Virus record (IMG/VR): IMGVR_UViG_3300010157_000059
Span: 8,158-72,157 of that record
Origin: a virus
Length of the DNA stretch: 64,000 nt
Strand: one strand, 5' to 3'
Shown here one piece after another: positions 38,692 to 48,594 of the stretch; position 1 is the first letter of the stretch; each line of letters opens with the position of its first letter. The position numbers and the translations under genes are program-made. Under the pieces are notes generated by a model. That model was given only the letters and a program-made list of their open reading frames with translations, was not told the DNA's origin and ran no database searches.

Positions 38692-38931
38692 GTGCTATCA
38701 ACCGCACTTAGGGCATATAGAACTAGTAAGAAGAACGAGCGCAAGCTCTGTGTAATAGCCCAATGGGTAGAAACGCTTTTAGAAGAAGATACTTCAAGTT
38801 TTGAAGAAGCATTAACAGATTATTCTATTTCTAATAGACAATTACTTAATATTTTAAAATCAGTGGGGGCTCCATTTAGCTTAGAAGCACTCCGTAAACA
38901 CCGTAATCAGGAGTGCCCATGCCAAGCTTAG
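38692..38931 (+). CDS. hypothetical protein (C...HR...CxC Zn site)
   Basis: GGAGG RBS, GTG start. Confidence 0.6.
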   Translation: MLSTALRAYRTSKKNERKLCVIAQWVETLLEEDTSSFEEALTDYSISNRQLLNILKSVGAPFSLEALRKHRNQECPCQA

Positions 38932-39932
38932 GCGTTGAACTAGCCAAGCTACGTAAAGAGATGGCGTTTGATGGTCCAGAGTGGCCAGTAGTACAGCCAG
39001 CAAAGCCTATAGTAATCAAGCAACCTGCAAAACCTAAGAAAACTCCTGCCCTAACAGGTGGCTGGAAGACTGCAGTTATCTTGCCTGACCCACAGATTGG
39101 TTACCGCCAGTTTGAGGATAGCACTCTAGATCCTTTTCATGATGAAGCTGCTATGAATGTAGCCCTGCAGATTCTTAATGCTGAACAGCATGAGAGTGGT
39201 GTGCACCAGGTAGTAAATCTGGGGGATTACATTGATCTTCCAGCACAGGGCAAGTATGAGCAGGAAGCTGCTTTTGCCTTTACTACTCAGCATGCAATTG
39301 ACCGTGGTAGTTTATTTGCTGCTCAACAACGTGCTTATGCTCCATATGCAAAAATTATTATCCTTGAGGGTAATCACGATCGCCGTATGCAGAAGTTTGT
39401 ACAGGCTAATGCACTGTCAGCTTTTGGCCTACGCCGTGCTAACACACCCACGTCTTGGCCGGTAATGTCTATGCCTTACCTGCTACGCCTAGAGGACTTT
39501 GACGTAGACTACATTGATGCCTACCCAGCAGGTATGTGGTGGATTAACGACAAGCTACGTGCTATCCATGGTGACAAGGTGAACTCTGGTGGCTCAACAG
39601 CCATGAAGTACACCAATGAGATGCCACATATCTCTACAGTATTTGGGCACATTCACCGCCAAGAGATCCAGTCAAAGACTACCTTTGACCGTGAGGGTAA
39701 AGTTAAAGCTATGGCTATTAGCCCAGGCTGCCTATGCCGTATCGATGGTCACGTACCTAGTGTCAAGGGCTCTACAGATTCTAACGGCAAGCCAGTAACA
39801 TACTGGGAGAACTGGCAGCAAGGTATTGCAGTCATTCGTTACAAGGATGAAGGCTCATTCCATGTGGATCTAGTCCATATTGATGAAGGCAAAACTCTCT
39901 ATAAAGGACAAGAATTTATCTCTAAAGTCTGA
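38919..39932 (+). CDS. calcineurin-like metallophosphoesterase
   Basis: LPDPQ, LGDYID, EGNHD, IHGD, FGHIHR. Confidence 0.9.
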   Translation: MPSLGVELAKLRKEMAFDGPEWPVVQPAKPIVIKQPAKPKKTPALTGGWKTAVILPDPQIGYRQFEDSTLDPFHDEAAMNVALQILNAEQHESGVHQVVNLGDYIDLPAQGKYEQEAAFAFTTQHAIDRGSLFAAQQRAYAPYAKIIILEGNHDRRMQKFVQANALSAFGLRRANTPTSWPVMSMPYLLRLEDFDVDYIDAYPAGMWWINDKLRAIHGDKVNSGGSTAMKYTNEMPHISTVFGHIHRQEIQSKTTFDREGKVKAMAISPGCLCRIDGHVPSVKGSTDSNGKPVTYWENWQQGIAVIRYKDEGSFHVDLVHIDEGKTLYKGQEFISKV

Positions 39933-39982
39933 TAAAGTATAAATAATTGTTGGGCCCGGTCTTAGGATGCGGGCCCGATCTC

Positions 39983-40054
39983 GGCATAGTAGTCCAAGTT
40001 AGAGACCGCCTATACAACGGAGGGAATGTGCAGGTTCAAGTCCTGCCTATGCCA
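39983..40054 (+). tRNA. tRNA-like element with degenerate anticodon arm (pseudo-tRNA)
   Basis: Acceptor GGCATAG/CTATGCC, D-stem GTC/GAC, T-arm GCAGG-TTCAAGT-CCTGC; anticodon stem only 3 of 5 paired; no CCA. Confidence 0.55.
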
Positions 40055-40057
40055 CTC

Positions 40058-40095
40058 AGACCCACACCTCTGTACGCATGTGTGGGTTTCTTTTT
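40058..40095 (+). terminator. intrinsic terminator
   Basis: ACCCACAC / GTGTGGGT stem followed by a T-run. Confidence 0.65.
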
Positions 40096-40133
40096 AGCCG
40101 TACAACTCTCAATAATTAAAGGAAAATGAGAGT

Positions 40134-41429
40134 ATGGCTAAGGCAATTTTTGAACCCCCGGGCATACCACACATGTCTCAAAAAACTGACCCGACGTTTG
40201 ATGCCCCAGTAACTGTTAAAAGAAAAGATCTTGACAGTGTTGAAGACTCTTCCTCTAAAGCTTTTAGTGTAAAAGGTGCTGGTGGAAAAGCTATAGCTAA
40301 AGTTGTTCCCAAAGACGCTAAACCAATATACAGTAGTTCAGGCCGTACTGTTTCTGTAGCACCAGCTTCAATGACTGTTTATACACCAAGTGCAGGAGAT
40401 ATGGCTGCGCACATTCGTAAGCAAATGGGTGCAGCGCCTGCCGTATCAGAACCTTCTCCTTCAATTACCCCTGTACGAAATATAAATCGTGAATCAAGTT
40501 CCAATCGCGTTAGTGTAAGTGGGCCTTTGCGTAATACCACTGCTTACCGTCCAGGAAGTACACCAGGTACTGTTTACAGAAGTATGGGTGAAAACGAAGG
40601 GTATCAAAGAGGATACAACCCAGAACAAATGCGTAACGTACGTGACGCAGAAAATGCAGGGCATTTAACAATTGAATCTAGCGCGTCTACCATGCCTGAT
40701 CGACGCATTGGTAGAGGGCATCATGAGTTTGAAGAACACTTAACTCGTGAAGCGCTAGCCCGTAGCAGACAGCCTATACACGAAATTGCTAATGCTTCTA
40801 ACCCTCTTACCATTAATTTAGTAGATGCCCCTTCATCAGGAGCCGGCGGGCATTACGAACCTGTGCCAGATAACAATGGTAGATACAATATTTTTATAAA
40901 AGCGCAAAACGGTAGTATTAGAGCAGATGATGAAAAACGTGTTAGAGAAACTTTTGGTCACCGTAGCAAAACTATTATACACGAATTGGGTCACCATGCT
41001 GACCCTGATTTAAAAAAGTATTACGCTAACCCGTATAATTCTGGTAAAAAAGGCGTTTCTGAGTATGGGCGTGGAGAAGGTTTTGCTGATGCCTACCAAG
41101 ATAAAAACCATGTGCCAGATCCTAGATCTACAACTACTAGTAGATCTTTGTACCCATATTATGCTCAAATTTTACATCATTCTACTGATCCAGAAACTAA
41201 GAGTTGGTCTACGTCTTATGTTTCAGCTGGCGGAGAACTTGGGCCAACTAGATCGCCGTTATATGACCAAGTTTCTCTTGATACTCTACCTAAATATGCA
41301 GATGCTTTGGGTAACGCTGACAAGAATGAAAAAGAAATTGCTACTCACCAGCTTGATTTTATTCACCCAAAAACTGGGCGCCCTACTACCTACAATTTCT
41401 TAATACATCATTTAGCTAGGAATCAATAA
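40134..41429 (+). CDS. hypothetical protein with zincin HExxH motif
   Basis: TIIHELGHHAD...EGFADAY. Confidence 0.6.
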   Translation: MAKAIFEPPGIPHMSQKTDPTFDAPVTVKRKDLDSVEDSSSKAFSVKGAGGKAIAKVVPKDAKPIYSSSGRTVSVAPASMTVYTPSAGDMAAHIRKQMGAAPAVSEPSPSITPVRNINRESSSNRVSVSGPLRNTTAYRPGSTPGTVYRSMGENEGYQRGYNPEQMRNVRDAENAGHLTIESSASTMPDRRIGRGHHEFEEHLTREALARSRQPIHEIANASNPLTINLVDAPSSGAGGHYEPVPDNNGRYNIFIKAQNGSIRADDEKRVRETFGHRSKTIIHELGHHADPDLKKYYANPYNSGKKGVSEYGRGEGFADAYQDKNHVPDPRSTTTSRSLYPYYAQILHHSTDPETKSWSTSYVSAGGELGPTRSPLYDQVSLDTLPKYADALGNADKNEKEIATHQLDFIHPKTGRPTTYNFLIHHLARNQ

Positions 41430-42142
41430 TGTCTGGACCAACTCCAAGCCCTAAACAAGAATACCAATGCCCAGGTTGTCCCTTAAAAATCCGTGGGCAA
41501 GCTGCTGCTATTCTTCATAGAGATCGTGAACATCCTGACTCCTCTTTGGGACCCATAGAACATGGCGGGGTGTCTTTAATGCAAATTCCTCACAACCCTA
41601 AAGTTCCAGGATTAGCTACTCCAGGACCTACTTCGCATGCGCCAATCATTGACCATGCTGGGAGAAAAATGGTTGTAGCTAAGTACCACGATGTACAAGT
41701 ACCTTTTTACCTTAGCAGTGGAAAAGCTGGAAAAGATAGTGAAAACGTACACCCAGAAGATAGAGTTGCTGCAGGTAAATGGTACCCATTTTTTGGAATT
41801 GGTTCGGATGGATGGATTAATAAGGGTAATTCAGATCAAATTAACCATCATTATGGTAGCCCAGAATTAGAACATATTGCTAAAACGCTTGATGAGCATA
41901 TTGGTGATGTTAGGGACGATACCTCACACCCAGTTGTGGATCATTCGTATCGAGCACCGGGTAGTGAGCATCAACACGTATCTTTTATTAACTCTACTAT
42001 GCCAAATGAACCTGCCATTCACCCCAATTATGAAGACGTCCCTAAGTTTAGGGATCAAGCTATTGAAGGAAAAGAAACCCGCAAACAAAATATGTGGCAT
42101 ATTATCCGTGCTTTAAAAAACTCAAGGATGAGAAGTGCCTAG
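41429..42142 (+). CDS. hypothetical His-rich protein with N-terminal C2H2-like finger
   Basis: YQCPGC-x12-H-x4-H. Confidence 0.6.
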   Translation: MSGPTPSPKQEYQCPGCPLKIRGQAAAILHRDREHPDSSLGPIEHGGVSLMQIPHNPKVPGLATPGPTSHAPIIDHAGRKMVVAKYHDVQVPFYLSSGKAGKDSENVHPEDRVAAGKWYPFFGIGSDGWINKGNSDQINHHYGSPELEHIAKTLDEHIGDVRDDTSHPVVDHSYRAPGSEHQHVSFINSTMPNEPAIHPNYEDVPKFRDQAIEGKETRKQNMWHIIRALKNSRMRSA

Positions 42143-42665
42143 TTCGCATCAAAATTGGCAGTACCTGGGTGGTAATGGGTTTGTAGGTTCGTACACCACC
42201 ACAGGTGGAGGTGGTACGCCCGTAACTGGTCGTAGCGAGATGGACTTTGCCCGTATGGGTGTGGGTAAAACTCCCAATGCTGAGTACCCAGATGGTTACC
42301 TAGGAACAATCCGCTCACGCCGCGATGACCGTGGTAATGGTACCGACACGGTACTAGATTCTCTTAAGAATCGCCAAAATCAAAGAGCTTACCAGCGTGG
42401 AGTTCACAAGGGTGAGCGTATTGATCCAGGGCAATACTACTGGCCGGAGGGATTAGACCCAGATCGCAGCCTTTTAAACCGTCCAAAGATCATAGATAAT
42501 AACGGAGCAGTCAATATGATGATGCCTCGATACGCCCCAGAGTCCGTATTAGCTCCTGCTCCATCTCTTGTTAATGACGGTAAGGCTAATATCAAGGGCA
42601 ACGATCCAATAGAAATTAATCAGTCTAGGGCGCATGTCCTTAAACATTTAGCACCGAAGTGGTAA
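42135..42665 (+). CDS. hypothetical protein
   Basis: 176-aa ORF, GTG start overlapping the previous gene. Confidence 0.65.
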   Translation: MPSSHQNWQYLGGNGFVGSYTTTGGGGTPVTGRSEMDFARMGVGKTPNAEYPDGYLGTIRSRRDDRGNGTDTVLDSLKNRQNQRAYQRGVHKGERIDPGQYYWPEGLDPDRSLLNRPKIIDNNGAVNMMMPRYAPESVLAPAPSLVNDGKANIKGNDPIEINQSRAHVLKHLAPKW

Positions 42666-42669
42666 TCTA

Positions 42670-42891
42670 ATGCATCCAAAAGTAGCGCAAATAGTAAAAA
42701 GAGTTGGCTCTGACGCCATTGAAGCCGTGCAAACACGTGATTTAGGAAAAGGCTTAGGAGTTATTGCAGCCGGAGCTGCTATTGCTGCCCACCCTATTAT
42801 TGGTACAGCATTAGCTCCAAAGATTACTGAAGGAACTGAAGCGGTAGTAAATAACGTAAGAGACCGCATTAGAAATAGAAGAGAGTCCTAA
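42670..42891 (+). CDS. small hypothetical protein
   Basis: 73 aa with a hydrophobic Ala/Gly segment. Confidence 0.5.
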   Translation: MHPKVAQIVKRVGSDAIEAVQTRDLGKGLGVIAAGAAIAAHPIIGTALAPKITEGTEAVVNNVRDRIRNRRES

Positions 42892-43145
42892 TGTCAACTC
42901 GATCAGAAGAATTTTTAAATTCTATACATGTATCAAAAGGCGGGTTTACGGTTGACTCCTCAGGTGAGGCGACTCGCCGAGGTACTGAGTTAACTCCTGG
43001 GGGCATGGCTCTTATGATTAAACAGCATAAAGAAGGAAAACATGACCCTTTAAACACTAGTCTTAGATGGAAAGACGGCAGCCCCGTAAGCACCGACGAT
43101 TTATTAACAGTAAGATCAGTTTGCCCATTATGTAAGGGAGAGTAG
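42891..43145 (+). CDS. small hypothetical protein with C-terminal CxxC
   Basis: H-x3-H...CPLC. Confidence 0.5.
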   Translation: MSTRSEEFLNSIHVSKGGFTVDSSGEATRRGTELTPGGMALMIKQHKEGKHDPLNTSLRWKDGSPVSTDDLLTVRSVCPLCKGE

Positions 43146-43148
43146 TCA

Positions 43149-43517
43149 ATGGACGCAGCAGATACAGTATATGGACGTAGGCCTTGGAATAGAGGGCCAG
43201 ATGACAAAGAAACTGAGGATGACTCAGAACATACCAGATATGATTATTTAGGCCCTCATTCAAGTCGTGATCAAGCCATGATAGCTCAAGCTCTTGCCTC
43301 TAATACAACTCCTGGGCAATACTTAACAGATATTGTTCGACCACCCCTACCTCAAGTTCAACTATTTAGATCTCGTTATGGGTATAGGACTCGGGAAATA
43401 GGTATTTCTGACATTATGAATGTAGATGAGATCTATGCGGAGCCACGCACAGAAGTAACTGGAGCTGCTGGTTTTGAGGGCTCAAGCAGGAATTCATCCG
43501 GAAACGCTTCTTACTAA
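43149..43517 (+). CDS. hypothetical protein
   Basis: GGAG RBS; 122 aa. Confidence 0.6.
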   Translation: MDAADTVYGRRPWNRGPDDKETEDDSEHTRYDYLGPHSSRDQAMIAQALASNTTPGQYLTDIVRPPLPQVQLFRSRYGYRTREIGISDIMNVDEIYAEPRTEVTGAAGFEGSSRNSSGNASY

Positions 43518-43527
43518 GGATAAATAA

Positions 43528-44475
43528 ATGGGAATTAAAAAAAATCTGTCAGGCGCTGACATTCAAGTACTCGGTGAAGCCGAATTACGACGTCGCAAAG
43601 CTACTCAAGGTACTTGTCCTAATTGTTTTTTGAAAGCAAAGCTTACCCCTATGGGTGTTTGCCAAGACTGCGATGACGCAGTACGTCCTGCAACACGTCA
43701 AGAACAAGCTCCTGAACCTGAAGCTACTAGCTCTACACTTCGTAGGTATCCCTATGATGAAACAAAGAGCTGGATGGGTCGAGCAACTTATACAGAAGAG
43801 CGTGAATCAAGAACGGGAGGGGGAAGCCGTACTATCTACAAATTAGAAGGTCCTAAACATTCCCCGGCCTATTTAGGGTCTTGTGCACAGCACACAGCTC
43901 CAGAAAATCCTTCAAATCTAGAACCACACCCTAATGCATTGGGAACTTTGCCTATTAACGCAACTCTAGATGATTATGAGCACTATGCAGCTGCTCGTGG
44001 TGGGCGAGTACTAGGCGGGGTTATGCATGTTGATCTTAGAACTCCAGAGCAGCGCGACCCTAGTCATCGTTCTTACGTTCCAACTCCAATGCTTGTTAGC
44101 CAAAAAATTAATCACAACCCTACGCGCCCTACTTCAAAAGATAATAATTGGGGTGAAGATGCTCCTAAAATTACAACATGGACAGAATATACAACGCAAA
44201 AAGATTTCCATATTAATGCTTGGAGAGCTCACGAACTTTTAGAAGATGCTAGAGCTAGACTAACCCCAGAAGAACTAGAAGATCATAATATTAAGCATGG
44301 TGGTATTCTTGATTCAGATTCACCAGGTCAGCGTGACGAAAAGGGCATTCCTTGGAGAAATAAGCCAGATACTTGCCCATTATGTCGTGCAGTTGAGCAA
44401 GTTAAGACTGCTGAATACGAACACGACACTGGCCAGCACACACGGGATGTCCATCCATTATGTCCAAAGTGCTAA
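43528..44475 (+). CDS. hypothetical protein with several Cys/His Zn motifs
   Basis: CPNC...CQDC; CPLC; H..H...CPKC. Confidence 0.6.
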   Translation: MGIKKNLSGADIQVLGEAELRRRKATQGTCPNCFLKAKLTPMGVCQDCDDAVRPATRQEQAPEPEATSSTLRRYPYDETKSWMGRATYTEERESRTGGGSRTIYKLEGPKHSPAYLGSCAQHTAPENPSNLEPHPNALGTLPINATLDDYEHYAAARGGRVLGGVMHVDLRTPEQRDPSHRSYVPTPMLVSQKINHNPTRPTSKDNNWGEDAPKITTWTEYTTQKDFHINAWRAHELLEDARARLTPEELEDHNIKHGGILDSDSPGQRDEKGIPWRNKPDTCPLCRAVEQVKTAEYEHDTGQHTRDVHPLCPKC

Positions 44476-44624
44476 AAGGAACTATTAATACTAGTAATGC
44501 AGATTGCAAACTTTGCGGAAAACCTGTAGGAACTGTAGAAAATATATGGTCCCGAACTCCCAATAAGTGTGTAAACTGTAAGAATAAAGAATTTAAGAAA
44601 AAAGTAATGCAAGGCATGTTCTAA
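44469..44624 (+). CDS. Zn-ribbon microprotein (51 aa)
   Basis: Read by hand: ...CKLCGKP...CVNCK...; fills the gap between neighbours. Confidence 0.5.
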   Translation: MLKGTINTSNADCKLCGKPVGTVENIWSRTPNKCVNCKNKEFKKKVMQGMF

Positions 44625-44636
44625 TTAGGAGAACTC

Positions 44637-44912
44637 ATGGAAAGATCAAAAACAGAAGAACTTAACGAAGGCGCTACTGACGGTAAGTACCGTAAGGTTC
44701 GTCCTAATACTCATGTTGCCCAGGGGCTGGGAGATGAAATTGTTACGGCTAACCGTGCAGGCCTTCACCCGTTCTACAACTATGGCTTTATTGATACTGA
44801 GACTCCTTCAAAGGTATCTCCAGGAGCATCTAACGTCAAGACTGGTGCAGTCCCTTCATACAACAACACACCAGTTGCTGATCTCAACAACTATATGGGA
44901 GCAGGTCAGTAA
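44637..44912 (+). CDS. hypothetical protein
   Basis: AGGAG RBS; 91 aa. Confidence 0.65.
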   Translation: MERSKTEELNEGATDGKYRKVRPNTHVAQGLGDEIVTANRAGLHPFYNYGFIDTETPSKVSPGASNVKTGAVPSYNNTPVADLNNYMGAGQ

Positions 44913-44914
44913 TA

Positions 44915-45124
44915 ATGGCTTTTTTCTCAAGAGCGGGTAAGACCTCAGGAGTATGCAAAAGCTGCAAAAGAATTAAGAATGTAGAAGGAGAATGCTCCTG
45001 TAACTCTGGAGGCACGGACGCCGAATGTGGAAACTGTGGAGCTATAGGATATATTCCAGATCGTAGTGCTCCTGAAGCAGTTATTCGCCAAAAGATCGGC
45101 TGCACTTGCGGGTCGGCAGAATAA
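44915..45124 (+). CDS. Cys-rich small protein (8 Cys)
   Basis: CKSC...CSC...CGNC...CTC. Confidence 0.6.
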   Translation: MAFFSRAGKTSGVCKSCKRIKNVEGECSCNSGGTDAECGNCGAIGYIPDRSAPEAVIRQKIGCTCGSAE

Positions 45125-45270
45125 TGTTTTACGAGGAGGACGAGTACGAAACTTTAACCCATAAAGAAAGACAACTAAAAGAGTTACATGCAAGAAGGAC
45201 TGAAGATGAGCTTTATGTCCTACTAAATGAAGCTTTAGATAAGTTACATAATAATTTTCAGGAAGAGTAA
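45124..45270 (+). CDS. small acidic protein (48 aa)
   Basis: Read by hand; TAATG overlaps on both sides. Confidence 0.55.
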   Translation: MFYEEDEYETLTHKERQLKELHARRTEDELYVLLNEALDKLHNNFQEE

Positions 45271-47330
45271 TGGAAGAACAACCGAAAGCTGCTCCAAATT
45301 ATCGCGATGCCGCGGACGAGTTAGCAGTACTTCCAGAAAACAGTCAAAAATTAATTTTAAGAACCCACCATGGCTGCGATTACGCCGGTGTGGATGATCA
45401 TGGTGTTAGGACTACCTGTAGTAATCCTGCAGATACCGTTGTTTTTGCTACCGTACAACGCCCAGAAAGAGATGAAACTAACGCGTTAACGGGAAACTTA
45501 ACTCAGCCCAAAGTAATTTTGCCTTCTGAAGAAATTAAAGCGTATTGCCCTCTTCACGACCATATGGCTGTTGATGACCTTCACACAAAGCTAAGAAAAG
45601 GTTCTAATGAAAAATATAGGGAAACTTATATAGATGAAGATGGTACTCCTACCCACACTCATACTGCGGATGCATTGCCTATTTCTGTACTTTCAGAAGA
45701 TAACCCAAAAACACATGCTTGGAATCGTCAAAACGCTAATTTGGTAAAAAAACTTCGTGAAGGCCTATTGCTAAATACTCTTAGGCATTCTGGAAGAATT
45801 AAAAACGTACCCTCAAGAGGATTTGCCCGTGGAGCCTTTGATGACAGTGAAGACCTCTTCGAAGATGTTACTCGCGAAGAGTTTGGTACAACTGGTTTTG
45901 AAGAAGCTACTGGGTCTACTATCCAAGATATTGTTGAAGGCAGTGTGCACCAAGCACTTAATCCTAATTTTGTGCAAGATACAAAACCTACCGCTATTGA
46001 AAGTGCAAGGTTTGAAGATGAAGAATCTCAAACAACAAAGCAAGCTCAAGCACATAGAAATAAAATTGCTGCCGCTTTGTCAAGAGCTAAAAACAAAGGG
46101 CATAGATGGTGCACTAAATGCCAAAAGTCTACTAAGACAGACCCTTACTGCGATACTTGTTTCTCAGAAACTGTAGACTCCGGGTCTGTACCAAAAAAGA
46201 GTGCCGGAAGACCAATGAGGGTAGATGAAGAAAACCACGTAGTTGTCACTACAAATAGCACTACTAAAGCTGTACAAGCTGCTATTGGTAACGCTGTTCC
46301 AGTACCCGGACCAAATGGCACTAGCGTTACTCTTCCAAGTACTGTGGATAACACAAGAGACTTTCTTAAAGGAACTGGTTATGCGCCAGATTACCGTGCA
46401 ATTGAAGGTGCGCACGAGAAGTCTGATTTTACTGTCTCACATTTTGCTCCAACAGAAGATTACGAAGACCCAGAAACTATGGTTCCCTCTTTAGGAAAAG
46501 GAGGTAGTCAGTATGTTTCACGTACTGGAGCTCTTTCTGAGAGTGAAAGCAGAGCAGCTGTATTTCAAGGCCCGTCAAAAGCTGATACAGGCCCATTATT
46601 AGGAACTAATGCACGCCCTGGAGTTACGCAGAATTCTGAAACAGGAGAATATGAGCCTATTACAGCAACTTCTGAAGGTAAACTTATTGATTTTACAGAT
46701 GGTTCTATAGAAAACGTTGATCCTAATAAGAGCGTTAAGTCTAGAGAAAGAACATACGGGCTTAATGTAAAATTTGTTAACCATGTGGCTCCTTCTACTA
46801 CGTGCCATGAGTGCTCAATTACTGGAGAAGCATCCCCCGTAGTTAGAAAATTTGTTAAAGATCATAATGGAGAACTAAAAGGCGTTTGTGCCAAAGGTCA
46901 TAGAATGCCTACAAGCAATATCCCCGTTGCTTGGCATGAGGGCCGTGCTGTACACGTATATCCTCGCCCAACTGGTACTGAAGATAACCAAGGCCGTCCT
47001 GAATACAAATGGATTCCTACAGAAGAACCTGCAGTTCACAAAAGAGAAGATGGGGTTCGGGTTCTTGTTTCTCGTGATGAGGTAGTAAAAGCTGCTCCTT
47101 TTAGGCATAGTCAGGAAGCTTTTAGTAGAAGAAACCCATCAACAAGAGCTAGAATGGTCAGTGCAGCTCTTTGGAGAGTTCAAAACCGAAATGTTTTAGC
47201 TCCTACTGGGGCTGATTCATTGGTAGAACAACAAAAACTATTGTTGTTAAGAGAACATAACGCTAATTTCTTACAAGGCCAGCAAGAAGCTTCTCAAACT
47301 CCGCCTACAGAGGGAAACACTAATGGCTGA
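45270..47330 (+). CDS. large hypothetical protein with multiple Zn-binding motifs
   Basis: 686 aa; YCPLH, WCTKC...YCDTC, CHEC...CAKGH. Confidence 0.65.
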   Translation: MEEQPKAAPNYRDAADELAVLPENSQKLILRTHHGCDYAGVDDHGVRTTCSNPADTVVFATVQRPERDETNALTGNLTQPKVILPSEEIKAYCPLHDHMAVDDLHTKLRKGSNEKYRETYIDEDGTPTHTHTADALPISVLSEDNPKTHAWNRQNANLVKKLREGLLLNTLRHSGRIKNVPSRGFARGAFDDSEDLFEDVTREEFGTTGFEEATGSTIQDIVEGSVHQALNPNFVQDTKPTAIESARFEDEESQTTKQAQAHRNKIAAALSRAKNKGHRWCTKCQKSTKTDPYCDTCFSETVDSGSVPKKSAGRPMRVDEENHVVVTTNSTTKAVQAAIGNAVPVPGPNGTSVTLPSTVDNTRDFLKGTGYAPDYRAIEGAHEKSDFTVSHFAPTEDYEDPETMVPSLGKGGSQYVSRTGALSESESRAAVFQGPSKADTGPLLGTNARPGVTQNSETGEYEPITATSEGKLIDFTDGSIENVDPNKSVKSRERTYGLNVKFVNHVAPSTTCHECSITGEASPVVRKFVKDHNGELKGVCAKGHRMPTSNIPVAWHEGRAVHVYPRPTGTEDNQGRPEYKWIPTEEPAVHKREDGVRVLVSRDEVVKAAPFRHSQEAFSRRNPSTRARMVSAALWRVQNRNVLAPTGADSLVEQQKLLLLREHNANFLQGQQEASQTPPTEGNTNG

Positions 47331-48519
47331 TGATTATAATTTTGATATACCTGAGACCGGAGATAAAGGTCAAGAAGCGGTTGATCGTGAAAAAGGCAGA
47401 AAAAGTAAAAGCCGTCAATTTAAATTAGTTTCTCCAACACAGCGAGCACGTGCTGGTCGTACACGAGTACGCCTTGTTATTGACCCAAATGCTGAACTAA
47501 ATGACCGAGGTATTCCTCAAGGAAACCCAGCAGCAGTTGTGCGAGACGTCCCAGCATTGCCTTCTCGTATGTCGGATGTAGTGCCCAGCTCAGGGGTAGT
47601 TTCTGATACTGAGAATGTATTTTTTAATGCAGATCACGTTGCTGGAAACCATGCTGAAACCCCTGACTTAGAAAATTGCGCAGCTTGTCAACGTTCAGCT
47701 AGAAAAACAGCTAAGAATAGTGCTATTTTTGGGCACGCAGGCAATGAAGCTAAGTATCGTGCACACCCTGAACATGTACGAGAACACATTGATTCTATGA
47801 TGCAAAAAGGCGTAAGTTTAAAAAACGCTTTAGAGTATGTAAAGAAAAATCATTTTCTCTTTGGGTTAGATGAAGAAGACGAAGAGTCCGGTGCTGGAAC
47901 TGCGGGCGCTGGAAAAGTGTTAGGGCCAACAAGACCAAGACATCTTCGTCGTAGTAAACACATTGATTACGCTGAACAATTTCTTATAGAAAAAGGCGCT
48001 AGAACTAAAGGGTTTGAGCCTTGGGAAATTACGGCACATCAAGGTAAAACTGCACAACAAATTATTTTTGAGGCTATGCCTGAGTTAAAAGAACAAATCT
48101 ATAAAACTCCACCATCTACAACGGTTACTTTTTTGCCAATGGAAGGTGTGGAGCTAAAGCCTTTAGAAATGTACCATACTAGGTCAGATGGTACTAAAGT
48201 ACCTTATTCTCCTGCAGACTATGTAGATCACCATACGGCTGAGCATAAAAAAGCTGTAGCCATGGGTGATACAAGAGGGGCAAGATTTCATCAAGACCAA
48301 ATTAGAAAACATCAAAACCAAGCTCCTATATATGCTACAGTAACCCCAGATCCTAATGGAAAAGTATGGAAAAAGGGTATTATTAGCCGCGATGATGCCT
48401 GGGCAAGCCTAGCTAAAGCAGAAGAAACTGGAAACCCAGAGTGCGATTTAAAATGTGATTTAGGTACCCAACACGCTCAATGCCCAAAACATGGTCAACT
48501 GCTATTTCCTGAAGAATAA
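47323..48519 (+). CDS. hypothetical protein with His/Cys motifs
   Basis: H...H...CAAC; C-terminal C-x3-C...H..CPKH. Confidence 0.6.
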   Translation: MADDYNFDIPETGDKGQEAVDREKGRKSKSRQFKLVSPTQRARAGRTRVRLVIDPNAELNDRGIPQGNPAAVVRDVPALPSRMSDVVPSSGVVSDTENVFFNADHVAGNHAETPDLENCAACQRSARKTAKNSAIFGHAGNEAKYRAHPEHVREHIDSMMQKGVSLKNALEYVKKNHFLFGLDEEDEESGAGTAGAGKVLGPTRPRHLRRSKHIDYAEQFLIEKGARTKGFEPWEITAHQGKTAQQIIFEAMPELKEQIYKTPPSTTVTFLPMEGVELKPLEMYHTRSDGTKVPYSPADYVDHHTAEHKKAVAMGDTRGARFHQDQIRKHQNQAPIYATVTPDPNGKVWKKGIISRDDAWASLAKAEETGNPECDLKCDLGTQHAQCPKHGQLLFPEE

Positions 48520-48594
48520 AATAACAATCAGTAATTGCGGATAATCCTACAAACTGCATGTACAGTAGTACGTGTAACCTACGTAGGAGAGCTA

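Noticed and set aside
39947-40129. 60-aa ORF from the track
   Set aside because: Overlaps the hairpin, tRNA-like element and terminator; no RBS
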